This document shows, piece after piece, positions 1 to 12,550 of a stretch of DNA of 64,000 nt. The notes beneath the pieces were generated by a model. It worked only from the letters and a program-made list of their open reading frames with translations, was not told where the DNA came from and made no database searches. A program made the position numbers and the translations under genes. The DNA is from the human T2T-CHM13v2.0 reference genome, Homo sapiens. Every line of letters starts with the position of its first letter. The first letter of the stretch is position 1. The DNA is taken from the NCBI RefSeq assembly GCF_009914755.1, contig NC_060932.1, one strand, 5' to 3'.

Positions 1-321
1 TGAAATCCCTCCTCTGGTGATAGCATGAAAAGGTGGGGCTTTCTGGGAAGTGATATGTTCAGGAGGATGGAGTCCTCATGAGTTGCATTAGTGCCCCTGA
101 GGAAGAAGCCCCAGAGAGCTCCTTCATTCATTCCCTCAGGTGAGGAAGCAGTGAGAAGGTAGCATCTATGAACCAAAAAGCTGGTCCTCACCACACACCA
201 AATCTGTTGGCACCTTGATTTGGACATCTCAGCCTCCAGAACACTGAGAAATGTATTTTTGTTGTTTATAAGTCACTTGGTGTATGATTTTCTTTCCCCC
301 AGCATCCCACATATACTAAGA
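1..321 (+). mobile_element. MaLR LTR (MLT1A-like), 5'-truncated by the window edge
   Basis: Motifs typical of MLT1A (attagtgccc..gaagccccagagagctcc; gcaccttgatttggacatctcagcctccagaac; ttgtttataagtcac; ending ctaaga). Paralogous copies at ~8070-8250, ~19052-19335 and ~40595-40955. Confidence 0.75.
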
Positions 322-2964
322 GTGCTAGTGCCTTTGAAGCCCAGCTACAATGCTTGGAGGAAGTCTAAGCATTGCAAAAAAAGGAACTGAACCCACCTGC
401 AAGGAAGAGCTAGAGAACCCAGAGCAACCAGCTTTCTAGGAAAAACAAAACTCTGATATGCAGTGTTTGTAAATCTCTCTGGTTCAAATCCTCCTAGTTA
501 TGAGTGGGATAAAAAGTGTCACACCTATCTTTTCTCTCATGAGCTGGCATGACCTGGCCTCAGTGCATCACAGTGTCTCATCCCTCAGCCTGTCAGAGCT
601 CCCACTGAGCCAGCCCAGCACTCCCCGCTACCTGTGCGCAAGCGTCTTGGCCCTGAGGTTTTCAGCTCCCAGCAGAACCTCTCCTCTGTTGCCCATGGGG
701 GGGGCTATGTCCCAATTGCAAATGTGTGAATGACGACCTGATCGTGCTGTTTTAATTCCCTACGTTTTGTGGTGTCTTTTCACCAGCCCTAGATGAACAG
801 AGGGCATTTTCACAGTATTGCTGAGGAATTCGATTTGTACATATTTTGTGTGTGTAAACCTCAACTTCTCTGAAATACTGATAAAATAGGAAGGAATTTT
901 CTCAACTTCTTCCCAAAGCGTCACAAAGAGCCCATCATGGTGGGGGATGAAACTGTGGACTCTATGGAGTGACTGAGGAACCCTGTCTCATCCATTCTTA
1001 GTTTGAATTTTTCCTGTGTGGAGGAGGGGTAGTGGATCCAGGTGGAGTCTCAATCTCTCCACTGAGGGACAGACTCAGAGGAGGGCATGGGACTCGGGAG
1101 TTGACTGAAACAATGGAGAAATCAATAGGGGTTTTCTCCCGGAGATCAGCAACGGAGGCTGTGGGGAGATAACCACAATTCATGTGGCTGTCACTTGGGG
1201 AGCGAGCCCAAGTTATCAAGAGAAAAATGGGGGTGATAAAAGGTAAAGACAAGAAGGACTCTTATGCTTTGGGTCCTTCAATCAGGGATTTTATGAAGCC
1301 AGAATTCTTTCTTAAGTATCAGGTGTGGCAGTCAAATTGTTCACTCAGCTTGTTGTGGTTTCTTAAATTTGAATGCAAAACTCAGCTAATATGCCTGAAA
1401 ATTATATAAAAATATTACCTAGCTCAGAGAATCTGAGTTAAAGACAGTACAGTTCATAAGAACAGGAAACGAGGGTAGATGACAGGTGTTCCTGGTGCAG
1501 CCTGGGGAACAGACTCCCGGGTGATTCCCCGGCACGTTTCTGTGGGAGAACAGCCTTATCGATGCTGATCAGCAGGGAAGGAGGGACTGCTACTGGAGAG
1601 GCTGGAAGTACAGCGGGTGAGTCAGCAACAGGGACCTTCATACTTGATATTCAGAGATGCAGGAATTCCAGGTGGTGGCAGGAGCATGGGGTGGAGGGCT
1701 GGAACAAAAGTGGGCGTCGCTGTCAGCCAGGAGGATCCAGCACTGAGAGGTTGGGAGGGTGACTGAGAGGAAATGTGAGAGTGGGCTCTTTCCCTTAGGT
1801 TCTTCATGAGTTGTTTGTTTCTTAGTGAAAAAGGAAAAATTTCAGATACTCATAAAATGGAATGAGTACTTTTCAGATCCCTTTCCTTCTGGTTTTGCTT
1901 GTAAGCCGAGTTTAGAAAATCAGAAAAGAAATAGCCAAAGAAAACTATTTCATTTATTGTACAAGAAAAAATTCACCAAGACGTCGCAGAAATGTGAAGG
2001 AAGCGCTTATTGAAGACTGGTGAAATAGGAGTCAGAACGTTGCAATAGGGAGAGCCGTTGGCCTCAACTTCCCTGAAGACAAAGGCAGGAAAGGTGAAAC
2101 CCTGGGTGAGCTAGGGGAAATGCACTGGAGGTTGGCACCCACTCTGTCCTCCTTGGGATCTGCATGGGCTTCCCCATCCATGCAGTGTCTCAGTGGGGTG
2201 CCTGGACCCCTGAGCTGCCTCAGCACCCTGCAGCAACAAGAAGGCTACCCTTTTCCTGGTGAAGTGCTTTCCCGGCCTCATCCCTTATCCCCTCTAAAGC
2301 TGTATTTTCCAGGCAGAATCAGATTCTCAGCGGCTTTAAGGCAACAGAGGAGAGTGCGTCTTGCAAAGTGTAGTGGAGCATTTGTGCTTGTGTGTTTTCT
2401 GGGTGTGAAGACAACTTTATGGGTGTGAAATCCAGGTCTTAGTAGACCTGGCTGGAGGGTGCTTTTAATGTGGACATCCCAGTGTGGGCCGCTGTGCTTT
2501 CTGTTCCATGCATCCCGCCTTTGCTAACAACCCATTTCCCTCTTGAAGTTGTTTCAGTGAATCTCCTGTAACCCAATGGCTTAAAAGGCAAATGTGTGAC
2601 CTGGACACGTTCAATAAAACCCCAGTTCTTTGGGACAGATGATGCTGGTTTCTCCTGAGGAGGAATGTTTTTGTGACTGCGTGAACTTTAAGCTGACACT
2701 GATTATTTGCCCAGCACATGGGAGCTCTTTGAGAGTGGATCCAGAGAAAATGAGGCAGAGTGAAAAGACAGAGCAGTGGATGGGGAGATGGGTGGTATGA
2801 TTTGGGCCTTCATTTCCATTTGAGTCTGAAGCTCAAACGCCTGCTTGAAATTCCTAGAATTTCAAATTTTATTTTGTTTAAAAACTTAGGATTCTGGTAA
2901 GTGCATCCCAAGTGTCTTGAGACACAAAGACACATCAAATGTGAAAGAGATGTAAAGAGAGAAA

Positions 2965-5510
2965 TCTTGCAACAAGGTATTTATTTTGGATGAGAAAAGG
3001 AAATGGAGGACAAGGTACAGGAGTAACAAGAATTTCTTTTAACTCTCAAAGTAAATTCTGAGCTTATTTTTCTTGATTCTGCAAGCTCAGCGGCAGCAGA
3101 CCCGGTGGAGTGTACCACGAAAGGCGCAGGACCCAAAGCGACGTTATAACAAACGGCAAATTCCTCTTCCGCAAATGCACCTCAAGCCTCTCGCTGAGTC
3201 TGAGGACACAGGGAAATCATCATAAATGGATCAGAAGGTCAGCAGTGATGGTAAAGGGAATCTTGGATAAGTCATGTGCTAGGTAATGAGTGATGTTGGC
3301 TGCATTGGGGCCAGTAGCATGAACAACCTCAGTCAATAGGAATAAATACACAGAGCAGTGCTGGTCACACAGGATTTGAGACTCATTCTCATTTGAGCTC
3401 ATTTTTGTGCTTCTGCCCCGTCACACACACAGCTGAACACACTCTTGGGCTTGGCTCTACTTTTTAAAAACTATTCTACAGATACAGTAAAATATTCTCC
3501 TTGTAATGAAGTCTACTTGTGTGAATCCAGAAAGAACGAGTCAGACTGTCTCTTCATATCTAAAACCTACTGAATTTCACAGACATATCTTGACGTCAAG
3601 TTTTATTTTTCAATTTTATAGATTTTCTGAAGTGAAAGGATTGTTAAGGAAGTAAAGGAATAAAAGAATGGTTACTCTCCAGGCAGAGCAGCCTCAAGTC
3701 TTTAAAGACAGAAAGATTTATTTGGCTCTCTATTCAATTTATAGATGAGAAAACCAAGGCCCAGAGATGCTAAATGAAGCCCCCGAAGTGACATGGACAT
3801 TGAGACTCGATTCCACACTCTGTCTCCCATCCATCCCACTAGACCCTGCAGTTCTGCATGCCGGCCTGTCTCACCTGAAAGCGGAAGAGCGGCACTTTCA
3901 TGCCATGTAAAGGCATGAGCCATTTCCTGATCATCTGCTCCAGGCTGCTCCTGGGCTGCAGCTTCATCAGCTCTTGCCTGAAGTGGCTCCGCCTGAGCCT
4001 ACAGGGCCACCAGGAGAAGCATGGCAGTGAGGAGGGCGAAGGTCCTCATGGCTGGGGTGACCTGGAGGAGGGAGAGCAGGAGCAGACGAGTCGGGAGAGA
4101 GGAGTTAGCCTGGATATATAGGTCTGCAGAGAGAAGGCTCGGAGACAAGAAACCTGGAACCCTCTCAGAGAAAGGAGGTGTGCATTTCGTTGGAGACTGT
4201 GTGGGATCCCGTTGGTCTCAATGTCCCTGTTTTCTTCCTTTGCTCTCCCAGCTTTCACTCTAGTTTGAATCTCTACGTGTAGTGTTTGTGCTGGGTTGGA
4301 GAGGATGGTGACGACGAGGATCCTGGCATGTTTTTCTTGTTTCTCACTTCATTGTATATTGACTTTTTACTATTCTACCAAAGGATAACAGCAGTGCTTT
4401 TGTTCAATAAGCTCAGGATACAAATGCCTCTTTTCCTGCAGATGGCCCCACTACTCTGTACAGTCTACACTCTGGCAGCAGGCATGAATTCCTATCAAGT
4501 GAAGAGTCATTTGTTGCAGGCATCAAGGGCGTGACCACTCTCATGAAGGCATGGGGTGAGTAGCCTCCTGTAGGGGCCAGTGTGAAGAGGACAATGACCC
4601 TATCAGGCGATAGGTGACATGAACACAGTGATATTAAGGTAAAAAGTTCATCTACAGCCAAAAATGTGTTTCCGGCTCTATTGAGATATGAATAAGAATT
4701 TAAAATGGTATATATCTCCTGTATACCACCTTAGGATTTGATGTTCATGTACATGTGGTTTTTGATCATATACTATATACACAAATCAACTCAAAATGAT
4801 CGAAGACCCAAACATAGACCTGAAACCATAAAATGACGAGAGGAACATATGAAGATAACGCTTTGTCATTGGTGTCGGTAATGATATCTTTGCTATGACA
4901 CCAAAGACACAGGCAATAAACGGGAAAATAGACAAATGGGGCTGCACTGACCTCTAAAGCATCTGCACGTCAAAAAACAAACCAACAAACAAATAATCAA
5001 CTGAGTGAAAAAGCAACCCAGAAAATGAAAGACAATAATTGCAAACCCTAGGTGGTAGAAGGGGCAAATATCTAAATACATAAGGAAGTCAAACAACTCA
5101 AAAGCAAATAACAAGTAACCTGTTTGAAAAACAGGCCAAGGAGCAGGATAGGCTTCTCTCCAAATAAAAGGATGTTCTAAGGAGCTATTGTTGTCTGTAT
5201 TGGACGTGTCAAGTAGGACACGTAGATTTAGAAGGAAATTCCTTGAGGTTCTCTATTAATTGAGCCGGTAGCTAAAGCTCCCAGCAGCCACCAGAGGTTC
5301 AGAGAGAAATGCGCAGCAAGAGATTCACCCACAAGGTCCCTCTGGGGTGGCCCAGGAGTCAGAGGTCAGACTGGGGGCACAGGTTCAATGTTGAAACCTC
5401 AATGTGAAAGTTTTAAGTCTTGGGTTACTTACAGATCCTCAAGGTAGGCAGAGTGAAGAGGGAGGGCAGACAGCAGTCCTCTGTCCCGGGTCTCCTGTAG
5501 CAAGAGCAGC
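2965..5510 (-). pseudogene. DEFT1P2: Theta-defensin (retrocyclin) pseudogene, 3 exons: ~5510-5433, 4061-3875, 3199-~2965
   Basis: Spliced frame [57 protein letters not shown]|DSARGLRCICGRGICRLL*. ATG 4049-4047; premature TAG at codon 17 (4001-3999); nonapeptide RCICGRGIC 3182-3156; stop TAA 3146-3144; GT/AG sites intact; AATAAA 2985-2980. DEFT1P versus DEFT1P2 is assigned from position only. Confidence 0.93.
4770..5170 (+). mobile_element. Old L1 ORF2 fragment in intron 1 of the theta gene
   Basis: L1-like sequence (atcaactcaaaatg..agacctgaaaccataaaa..gctatgacaccaaag..gagtgaaaaagcaaccc). Same fragment at 14240-14630, 26880-27220 and 36790-37330. Confidence 0.8.
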
Positions 5511-5524
5511 CGTGCACAAACAGG

Positions 5525-5635
5525 AGAGGACTTCCCTATTTAAGAGTCATTTGGGATCAGGTGTCCTAATAACCTGGGTTACTTTCCATTGGGTTTATTA
5601 AATAACTCTGGTGGGAAGGACAGTTGAGAAATTTG
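5525..5635 (-). promoter_or_regulatory. Myeloid-type promoter of the theta gene
   Basis: TTAAATA box (5543-5537), adjacent GGAAGT ETS core, and overlapping MYB/C/EBP motif GACAGTTGAGAAAT (5619-5632). Homologous to the DEFA1 promoter. Confidence 0.7.
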
Positions 5636-5699
5636 ATGGGAAGCTGGGGTTCGGACAGGAGTCCATGGAGGGTCCCCTCATCTGCCTTTGTCAACCTTG

Positions 5700-7495
5700 C
5701 CCAGGCCCAGGCAGCAACCAACGATGGATTCTCCATGACTCCTAACACAATGGACCCCGAGATGCCTGTGCTGGTGGCTGATGCTGAGCTAGTTGCAGCA
5801 AGGGAATATTTAAAGCCCCCAGGAGAGCCTGGCCTGCATATCACAGGACACACTCTGTTAGAGAGACAAGTTCAAGTTTGACACCCATGCACAGGAGAGG
5901 ATGAGGAATCTTCCCCTGAACCAGCCTGCCCAGTACTTGAGCTCTAACCATAACAAGACACCAAAGCCGATTGGTGGGCTGGGATGTTGCAGACCACCTG
6001 GTTGAGACTGAATCCCACGTGGGCTTGTGTTAGCAGGCAGGGCAGGTTTTGCTGGGTTCGTTAAGGATGTGCACACAGTATGTGGTTCCCTGGAGTGGAC
6101 AATTGCCTCACTGCTTGGGCAATGGACAGTTTAAGGCCAAACGAGTGTCTAGGACCACTGGGGCCAAGAACTCCTGAGTTTCCTGCTGGAGACCTAATGT
6201 CTCTTGAAAGTCTCTCAGGGAGGCGGCCAAGGTGGCAGTGAGTTTGGTGTTAGCTTGCATCACCTGGTGCTCTGTGCTCCAATGCCTTGCTCTTAAGCCC
6301 ATTCTGGGCAGGCTTAAGAGTCTCCATGCACATAGCATGAGTGGGATGATCAGTGGTCGCTTGAAATATGCAGGATCAAACTCCTGTGGTTCCTCCTGTG
6401 TTATTTGAGGAGAATTCCTAAGAAGACTAGAGCACATTTTAAAATGTACCACTATCCACCGTCCTCCTCCTTCTCCTAGTCAGGTAGATGGGGTAAGGTT
6501 TCTGGAGATGAGAAAAGAATGCAGTCGCTCGAGAGGCAATAAATACCTGTGGTGAGGTTGCTGAACCCAGTGTGCACGCCGGGCAGCCCCTGCCACCATG
6601 GGAATGTCGTGCACAGCGCTGGTCCCACAGGCTGGGTGCTCAGGGCCCCCCCTGCAGCTCTGTGTGAAGGCAGCAGGCATCGGCCGGTGGAGGCCTGGGG
6701 GCAGTGGAGTGATAACTAAAGCATCTCCCTCAACCTTAAGGTAGAGGAGGCATCTCAAGCTTTGCTAGAGGCGGTCGCTGTGGCAGAGCAGTGGGGTCTC
6801 CTGTCCCTCTGAGGAAGCAGTGAATTCCTGATGTGTGGCAGGCCCAGGAACTTCAGCTTTGGAGGAAGTGAGCACCAGTCTCACCCCAGCATAAGAAGAA
6901 ATTTGGGCTCTTTGGGGAAACTGAGGCTCTGGTGACAGTTTTAGCTTCCAGGGCATTAGTAGGTGCCTGTAGGGTCGCAATGATGAGGTTATAGGGACTA
7001 AATATGAAGGGGTGTATATGAGCGAGAGGAAGATCTCCGGGTTCTGGAAATGTCCCATGTCCTGCGGAAGTGAAACCTGGACCTGCTTCCTGCACACAGA
7101 GCACACTCCAGTCCACAGGCATTTCCGCAGCACTGCATGAGCGTTATCACTGGAGAGCTGGTGAGATTCGGGCGTGGTATTCTTACACACAGTTCTCCCA
7201 AGTCCATAGTTTTCCGTAGCTTGTAGGGCAGCTTTACAATCTCACTGAGGCTCTATGGGTTCCTTGCACCATAAAGTAATGGGCTTATTCTGAAAGCAAA
7301 TGGTGATCTCAGCAAAATTCCACTCTAATGAGGTCATTTTTGGGGTAATCAGCAAAGCATGAGGTCAGGGAAGCAGCAAGTCAAGGGTTTGGGTAGTGGC
7401 CATGAGCCAGCACCGTGTACTGGAGATGGCGAGGTCCGTATTTGTAGCAGTAAGGAAAGGCTGGTTGGTGGTGATCTCGTGGTCAAAGTGATTTT
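5700..7495 (-). mobile_element. Degenerate ERVL-like internal (pol/integrase) sequence
   Basis: Minus-frame peptide GSPGGFKYSLAATSS (ORF 5566-5853) resembles the retroviral integrase core P-S-x-G-Y-K-Y-x-L-T. Homologous to ~37850-39640 and partly to 15150-15640. Confidence 0.45.
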
Positions 7496-7499
7496 CCTC

Positions 7500-8065
7500 T
7501 ACAAGGGACTTAAACAAATAAGTAAGCAAAAAAGAAATGACCCCTTTAAAATGCGTGCCAGGGCATGAACAGATACTTCTCAAAAAAAGACATACAAGAG
7601 GCCAAGAAACATGAAAAAATGCTCCACATTACTGATCATTAGAGAAATGCAAAATAAAACCTCAAAGGGATACCAGCTCACACTAGTCAGAATGGCTGTT
7701 ATTGAAAAGTTAAAAAATACTGATATTGGCAAGACTGCAGAGAAAGAGAACGCTTATACACTGTTGAGGGGAATGTTAATGAGTTCAGCCATAGTGGAAA
7801 GCAGTTTAGAGATTTCGCAAATAACTTAAAATAGAACCAGCATTCAACCAAGGAATCTCACTACTGGGTATATATCCAAAGGAAAACAAATTATTCTGCC
7901 AAAAAGACACATGTACTCGTATGTTCATGGCAGCATCATTCATGCTAACAAAGACATGGAGTCAACCTAGATGGCCATCAGTGTTGGACTGGATGAAGAA
8001 AATGTGGTACATATACATGATGGGATACTACATTCATAAAAGAGAATGAAATTATGTCGTCTGCA
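7500..8065 (+). mobile_element. L1 (L1PB/L1MA-like) ORF2 3' end and 3'UTR fragment
   Basis: MKKCSTLLIIREMQNKT...LVRMAVI (ORF 7611-7829) is the L1 ORF2p C-terminal region; aaaatgtggtacatatacatgatgggatacta. Confidence 0.9.
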
Positions 8066-8069
8066 GCGA

Positions 8070-8250
8070 GTTGGATTCAGTGAGAAGGTGCCGTCTATGA
8101 ATCACAAAACTGGTCCTCACCAGACACCAAGTGTGTTGGCACCTTGTTTTGGACTTCTCAGCCTCGAGAACACCAAGACATATATTTCTGTTGTTTCTAA
8201 GTCACTTGGTGTATGGTATTTTTTTCCAGCACTCCACATACACTCAGATT
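8070..8250 (+). mobile_element. MLT1A-like LTR, 3' half
   Basis: Aligns by eye to 150-320. Confidence 0.7.
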
Positions 8251-9125
8251 GCTTGTGTCTTTGAAGCCCGGATACCATGCTTGGAGGAAGTCTAAGTGTT
8301 GCAAATCCTGCTAGCTATGAGTGGGATACAAAGTGTCACACCAATCTCCTCCTTCATGAACCAGCATGATCTGACGTCAGTGCCTCACAGGGTCTCATCC
8401 CTGAGCCCTGTCAGAGCTGCAGCTGAGCCAGCACCCCCTGCCACCTGTTCACAAGTGTCTTGGGCCTGAGGTTTTCAGATCCCAGCAGCACTTCTCCTCT
8501 GATGCCTGTGGAGAGAGCCACCTCCCAATTGCAAAAGTGTGAATGAAGACCTGATCATGTTGTTTTAATCCATTAAGTCTTGTGGTGTCTTTTCATAGAG
8601 CCCTAGATGAACAGAGGGCAATTTTCACAGTATTGGTGACAAATTGGACTTGTACTTTGTGTGTGTAAATCTCAGCTTCTCTAAAATATTGATGAAATAG
8701 GAGAGAACTTTCTCAATTGAATCCCAAAGTGTCACAAAGAGCCCATTGTGGTGGGGGCATGGAATTGTGGACTCTTTGGAGAGACTGAGGAACCCCGTCT
8801 CACCCATTCTTAGTTTGAATTTTTCCTGTGGGGAGCTGGGGTAGTGTGGGATCCAGGTGGAGTCTCAACCTCTCCCCTCAGTGACAGACTCAGAGGAGGG
8901 TGTGGAACTCCAGAGCTGGCTGAAACAACGGAGAGAGAAGTAGGGGTTTTCTCCCGGAGATCAGCTATGAAGTCCCAGGGAAGATGACCATTATTCACAC
9001 GGCTGTCATCTGGGGAGAGACCCCAAGTTAAGATCAAGAGAAAAAAGTGGGAAACAAAATGGTAAAGACAACAAGGTAACTCATGCCTAGAGTCCTTGGA
9101 TCAGGCATTTTATGAAGCCAGAAGT

Positions 9126-9463
9126 CTTTCTTTTCTTTTCTTTCTTTCTTTCTTTTTTTTCTTTTCTTTTTTTTTTTTTTTTGAGGCAGAGTGTAGATCT
9201 GTCACCCACGCTGGAGTGCAGTGGCGCGATCTTGGCTCACTGCAACCTCCACCTCCCAGGTTGAAGCGATTCTCCTGCCTCAGCCTCCTGAGTAACTGAG
9301 ATTACAGGCACCCACCACCACACCCGGCTAATTTTTCTATTTTTAGTAGTAGAGACAGTTTTCACCGTGTTGCGCTGTCTGGTCTTGAACTCCTGACCTC
9401 ATGATCCACCCTCCTTGGCTTCCCGAAGTGTTTGGATTACAGGTGTGACCCACTGTTCAGGTG
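9126..9463 (-). mobile_element. Alu (AluS-like)
   Basis: T-rich tail followed by gctggagtgcagtggcgcgatcttggctcactgcaacctcc..ggattacagg. Confidence 0.95.
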
Positions 9464-11229
9464 GGGCATTCAAAATGTTAATTCAGCTTGTTGTGGTTTC
9501 TTAAATTTGAGTGCACAACTCCGCTAATATGCCTGAAAAAGATACAACAAAAATTACCCAGATAAGAGAAGCTGAGGCAAAATGGTGCAGTGCATAAGAA
9601 TAGGAAATGAGAGCAGATGGCAGGTGTCCTGGGTGCAGCCTGGAGAAGAGACTCCTGGATGATTCCCATGCACAGCCCTGGGGGAGAACAGCCTTATTGA
9701 TGCTGATCAGCAGAGAAGGAGGGACGGCTATGTGAGAGGCTGGAGGACAATGGGTGTGTCAGGGACAGGAATTTCATAAGTGATGTTCAGAGATGGAGGA
9801 ATTCCAGGTGGTGCAGGAGTTAGGGAGTAGCCATGGGGTGGAAGGCTGGAACGAGGTGGCAGTCCCTGTTATCCAGGAGGACACAGAATTGAGATGTTGG
9901 GAGGTTGACTTCTAGGAAATGTTAGAGTGAGCTCTTTCCCTTAGTTTCTTCATGAGTTATTTGTTTTTTTCGTGAACACGGAAAAAATACAGATATTCCT
10001 AAAATGGAATGAGTTCTTTTCAGATCTCTTTCCTTCTGGTTTTGCTTATAAGCCGAGTTTAGAAAATCAGAACAGTAACAGCAAAAGAAACCTATTTCAT
10101 TTTTTGTACAAGTAAAAATTAACCAAGACCTTTTAAAAATGTGAAGGAAGCACTTATTGAAGACTGTTGAAATGGGAGTCAGAACGTTGCAACAGGGAGA
10201 GCCGTTGTCCTCAACTTTCCTGAAGCCAAAGCGGGAAGGTTAAGGCCTGGGTGAGCTAGCGGAAATGCACTGGAGGTTGGTAGTGGGAGTCTTGCAGTGT
10301 GATTGGGCCATCTGCGTTTGCTAGTTTGTGCTTATTGGAGTTAGGCTCCTGCCTGCCTACAGAGACAGGGCTGCTGTCCCCTTGAGTAGTTACATTTAAA
10401 GGGATGAGGCATCTAACTTATTCCTTATTTCCTTGTCCTGCCGCATGAATGGCTCATTTCTGGTAGAATAGTTCTTGCATGTCATCACTAATCCTAGAGT
10501 GTATGTGCATCCCAGTAAACAGTGTTGTGCCTCATTTGAGGCTAAGCAAGTTGCCCTGGTTGTTTGGAGACCCTCACACCTCTCCCTGAATTCTCCGTCC
10601 CTAGAGTTTGCAGCAGTCATCGCCCACCCTAGACTGCAGTAGCAGAAGCCACATGTGGTGCTCCCAGTGTGCCTTTATCCACACAGAGGAGCAGGGAGGC
10701 TCCGTCCTCATTTGCCCCTTTCCCTTGAGTTGATGGATGCCTCTCAGCACATCAGCATGAATTCTACTCCGTCCTTCTCTCTGGCAACATCCATTCCTCT
10801 GAATTCAGTGGAGGTCCACCCTCATCCTGCATAGCTCTTGCCCTGATAGCATTCTGTCCACCAAACATTTCATTCTACCTCTGCTTTTAGTCATTCCATG
10901 TTTTAAACATATTGATGTTGTACTTGAAGATTCACATGAAATCTTTTTGCCTGCTTTAGCCGGAATGGCCTGCTTCTTCTAAGGTCCTAAAGCTTCATGA
11001 TGCCAAATAGTACCCATGATGTTTTTTCATGTTTCAGCCTTGAATACTTTTATTTATTTTGTTTTTTAAAGGTGTGCTGTCATAGGGTCTAGAAAATGGA
11101 CTGCTCTACCTCTGTTGAATTTAGTTTTTTCCTATGGAATTTAGGAATAACAATTAATAAATCATTTTATATTGTTATGTGCTATTAGATGCAATTAGTT
11201 AATGTAATCAGAATTAATTTAGTAACCCC

Positions 11230-11500
11230 CTACTTTATGTTACAGTCATCCATGCACTCTGGTACAACAATAAGCAAAACATGCAGCTTCCCTTCTGGAG
11301 TAAGGAGGCAAATGTTACGTTTAGTAAGTGAAGTGTACAGGGAGTGAGACGGTTGCAATTCTATAGTTAGCAATGAGGAAAATCGGAGAATGGAGGTCAG
11401 CAGGGGGATCTTGTTGCAATTTAAGGTTGAGAGATCAGAAAAGACCTCAGTGACCAAGTGAAGTTTTAGCTGAGACCTCAGATGCTTGGGAGAAAGTCAG
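11230..11500 (-). mobile_element. L2 3' fragment (paralogues ~22340-22650, ~43740-44030)
   Basis: cctactttatgtt..gcactctggtacaacaataagcaaaaca..tcagaaaagacctcagtga..ttttagctgagacct is an L2-type 3' end. Confidence 0.55.
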
Positions 11501-12550
11501 GTGGACCTCTGGCAGATGCCCCAAGATGCAGCCATCTTGATCCAGTTCATAGTTCAGAATACTATGGAAAGTTAATTCGGGGACCACATGATTCCAAGTC
11601 CGTGGCAGTCACAGGAAGCCAAAGAAGGCTCCTGGGCTTCACACCGTGATTCCCTATTTGTGTCCTTCATCATCTAAACAAGAAGAAGTCTGGGATCATT
11701 ACCCACTCTGTCCTCCCGGGGTTCTTGGTGGGCTTCCATATACATGCAGTGTCTCAGTGGGCACCTGGGCCCCTGGGCTGCCTCAGCCCCCTGCAGCAAC
11801 AAGAATGCTACCATGTTCCTGGTGAAATGCTTTCCCTCCCTCTTCCCTTATCCCCTCTGAAGCTGTATTTTCCAGGCAGAATCAGGTTCTCAGCAGCTTT
11901 AGGGCAACACAAGAGAGTGCGCGTTGCAAAGTGCGGTGGAGCATTTGTGTGTGTGTGTTTTCTGGGTGTGAAGACAACTTTATGATTGTGAAATCCAGGT
12001 CTTAGTAGATGTGGCTGGAGGGTCCTCTTAATGAGGACGTGCCAATGTGAGATGCTGTGCTTTCTGTTCCATGTATCCCGCCTTTGCTAACAACCCATTT
12101 CCCTCTGAATGAAAGTTTTTTCCGTGGATCTCATGTAACCCTACGTCTTAAAAGGAAAATGTACAATCTGACATTGTTCAATGAAACTCCAATTCTTTAG
12201 CACAGAGGATGGATTTTTTTCCCGGAGAAGTAATGATTTTGTGACTGCATGAAATGTAAGCTGACACCGATTGTTTGCCCAGCACACGCGAGCTCTTTGA
12301 GAGTGGATCCAGAGAAAATGAGGCAGGGTGAAAAGGCAGAGCAGTGGGTGGGGAAATCAGTGGTGTCATATGGGCCTTCTTTTCAATTTGGATCTGAAGC
12401 CCAAACTCCTGCTTGAAATTCCTAGAATTTGGAATTTTATATTGTTCAAAAATTTGATTTTGCGTTTTGGTACGTGTATCCCAAGTGTCTTGACACAGAC
12501 ACATATCACACATTAAAGAGGTGGAAACACAGAAATCTTGTAACAAGGCA

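Noticed and set aside
1-321. Treating 1-321 and ~19090-19335 as the recent 19-kb DEFA1A3 repeat
   Set aside because: The offset fits, but the copies are clearly diverged, so they are ancient paralogues beyond the near-identical repeat.
7611-7829. L1- and Alu-derived ORFs here and at 24313, 27600, 28764, 44669, 49326, 55117, 55594 and 56120
   Set aside because: Fragments of retrotransposon consensus, not host genes.
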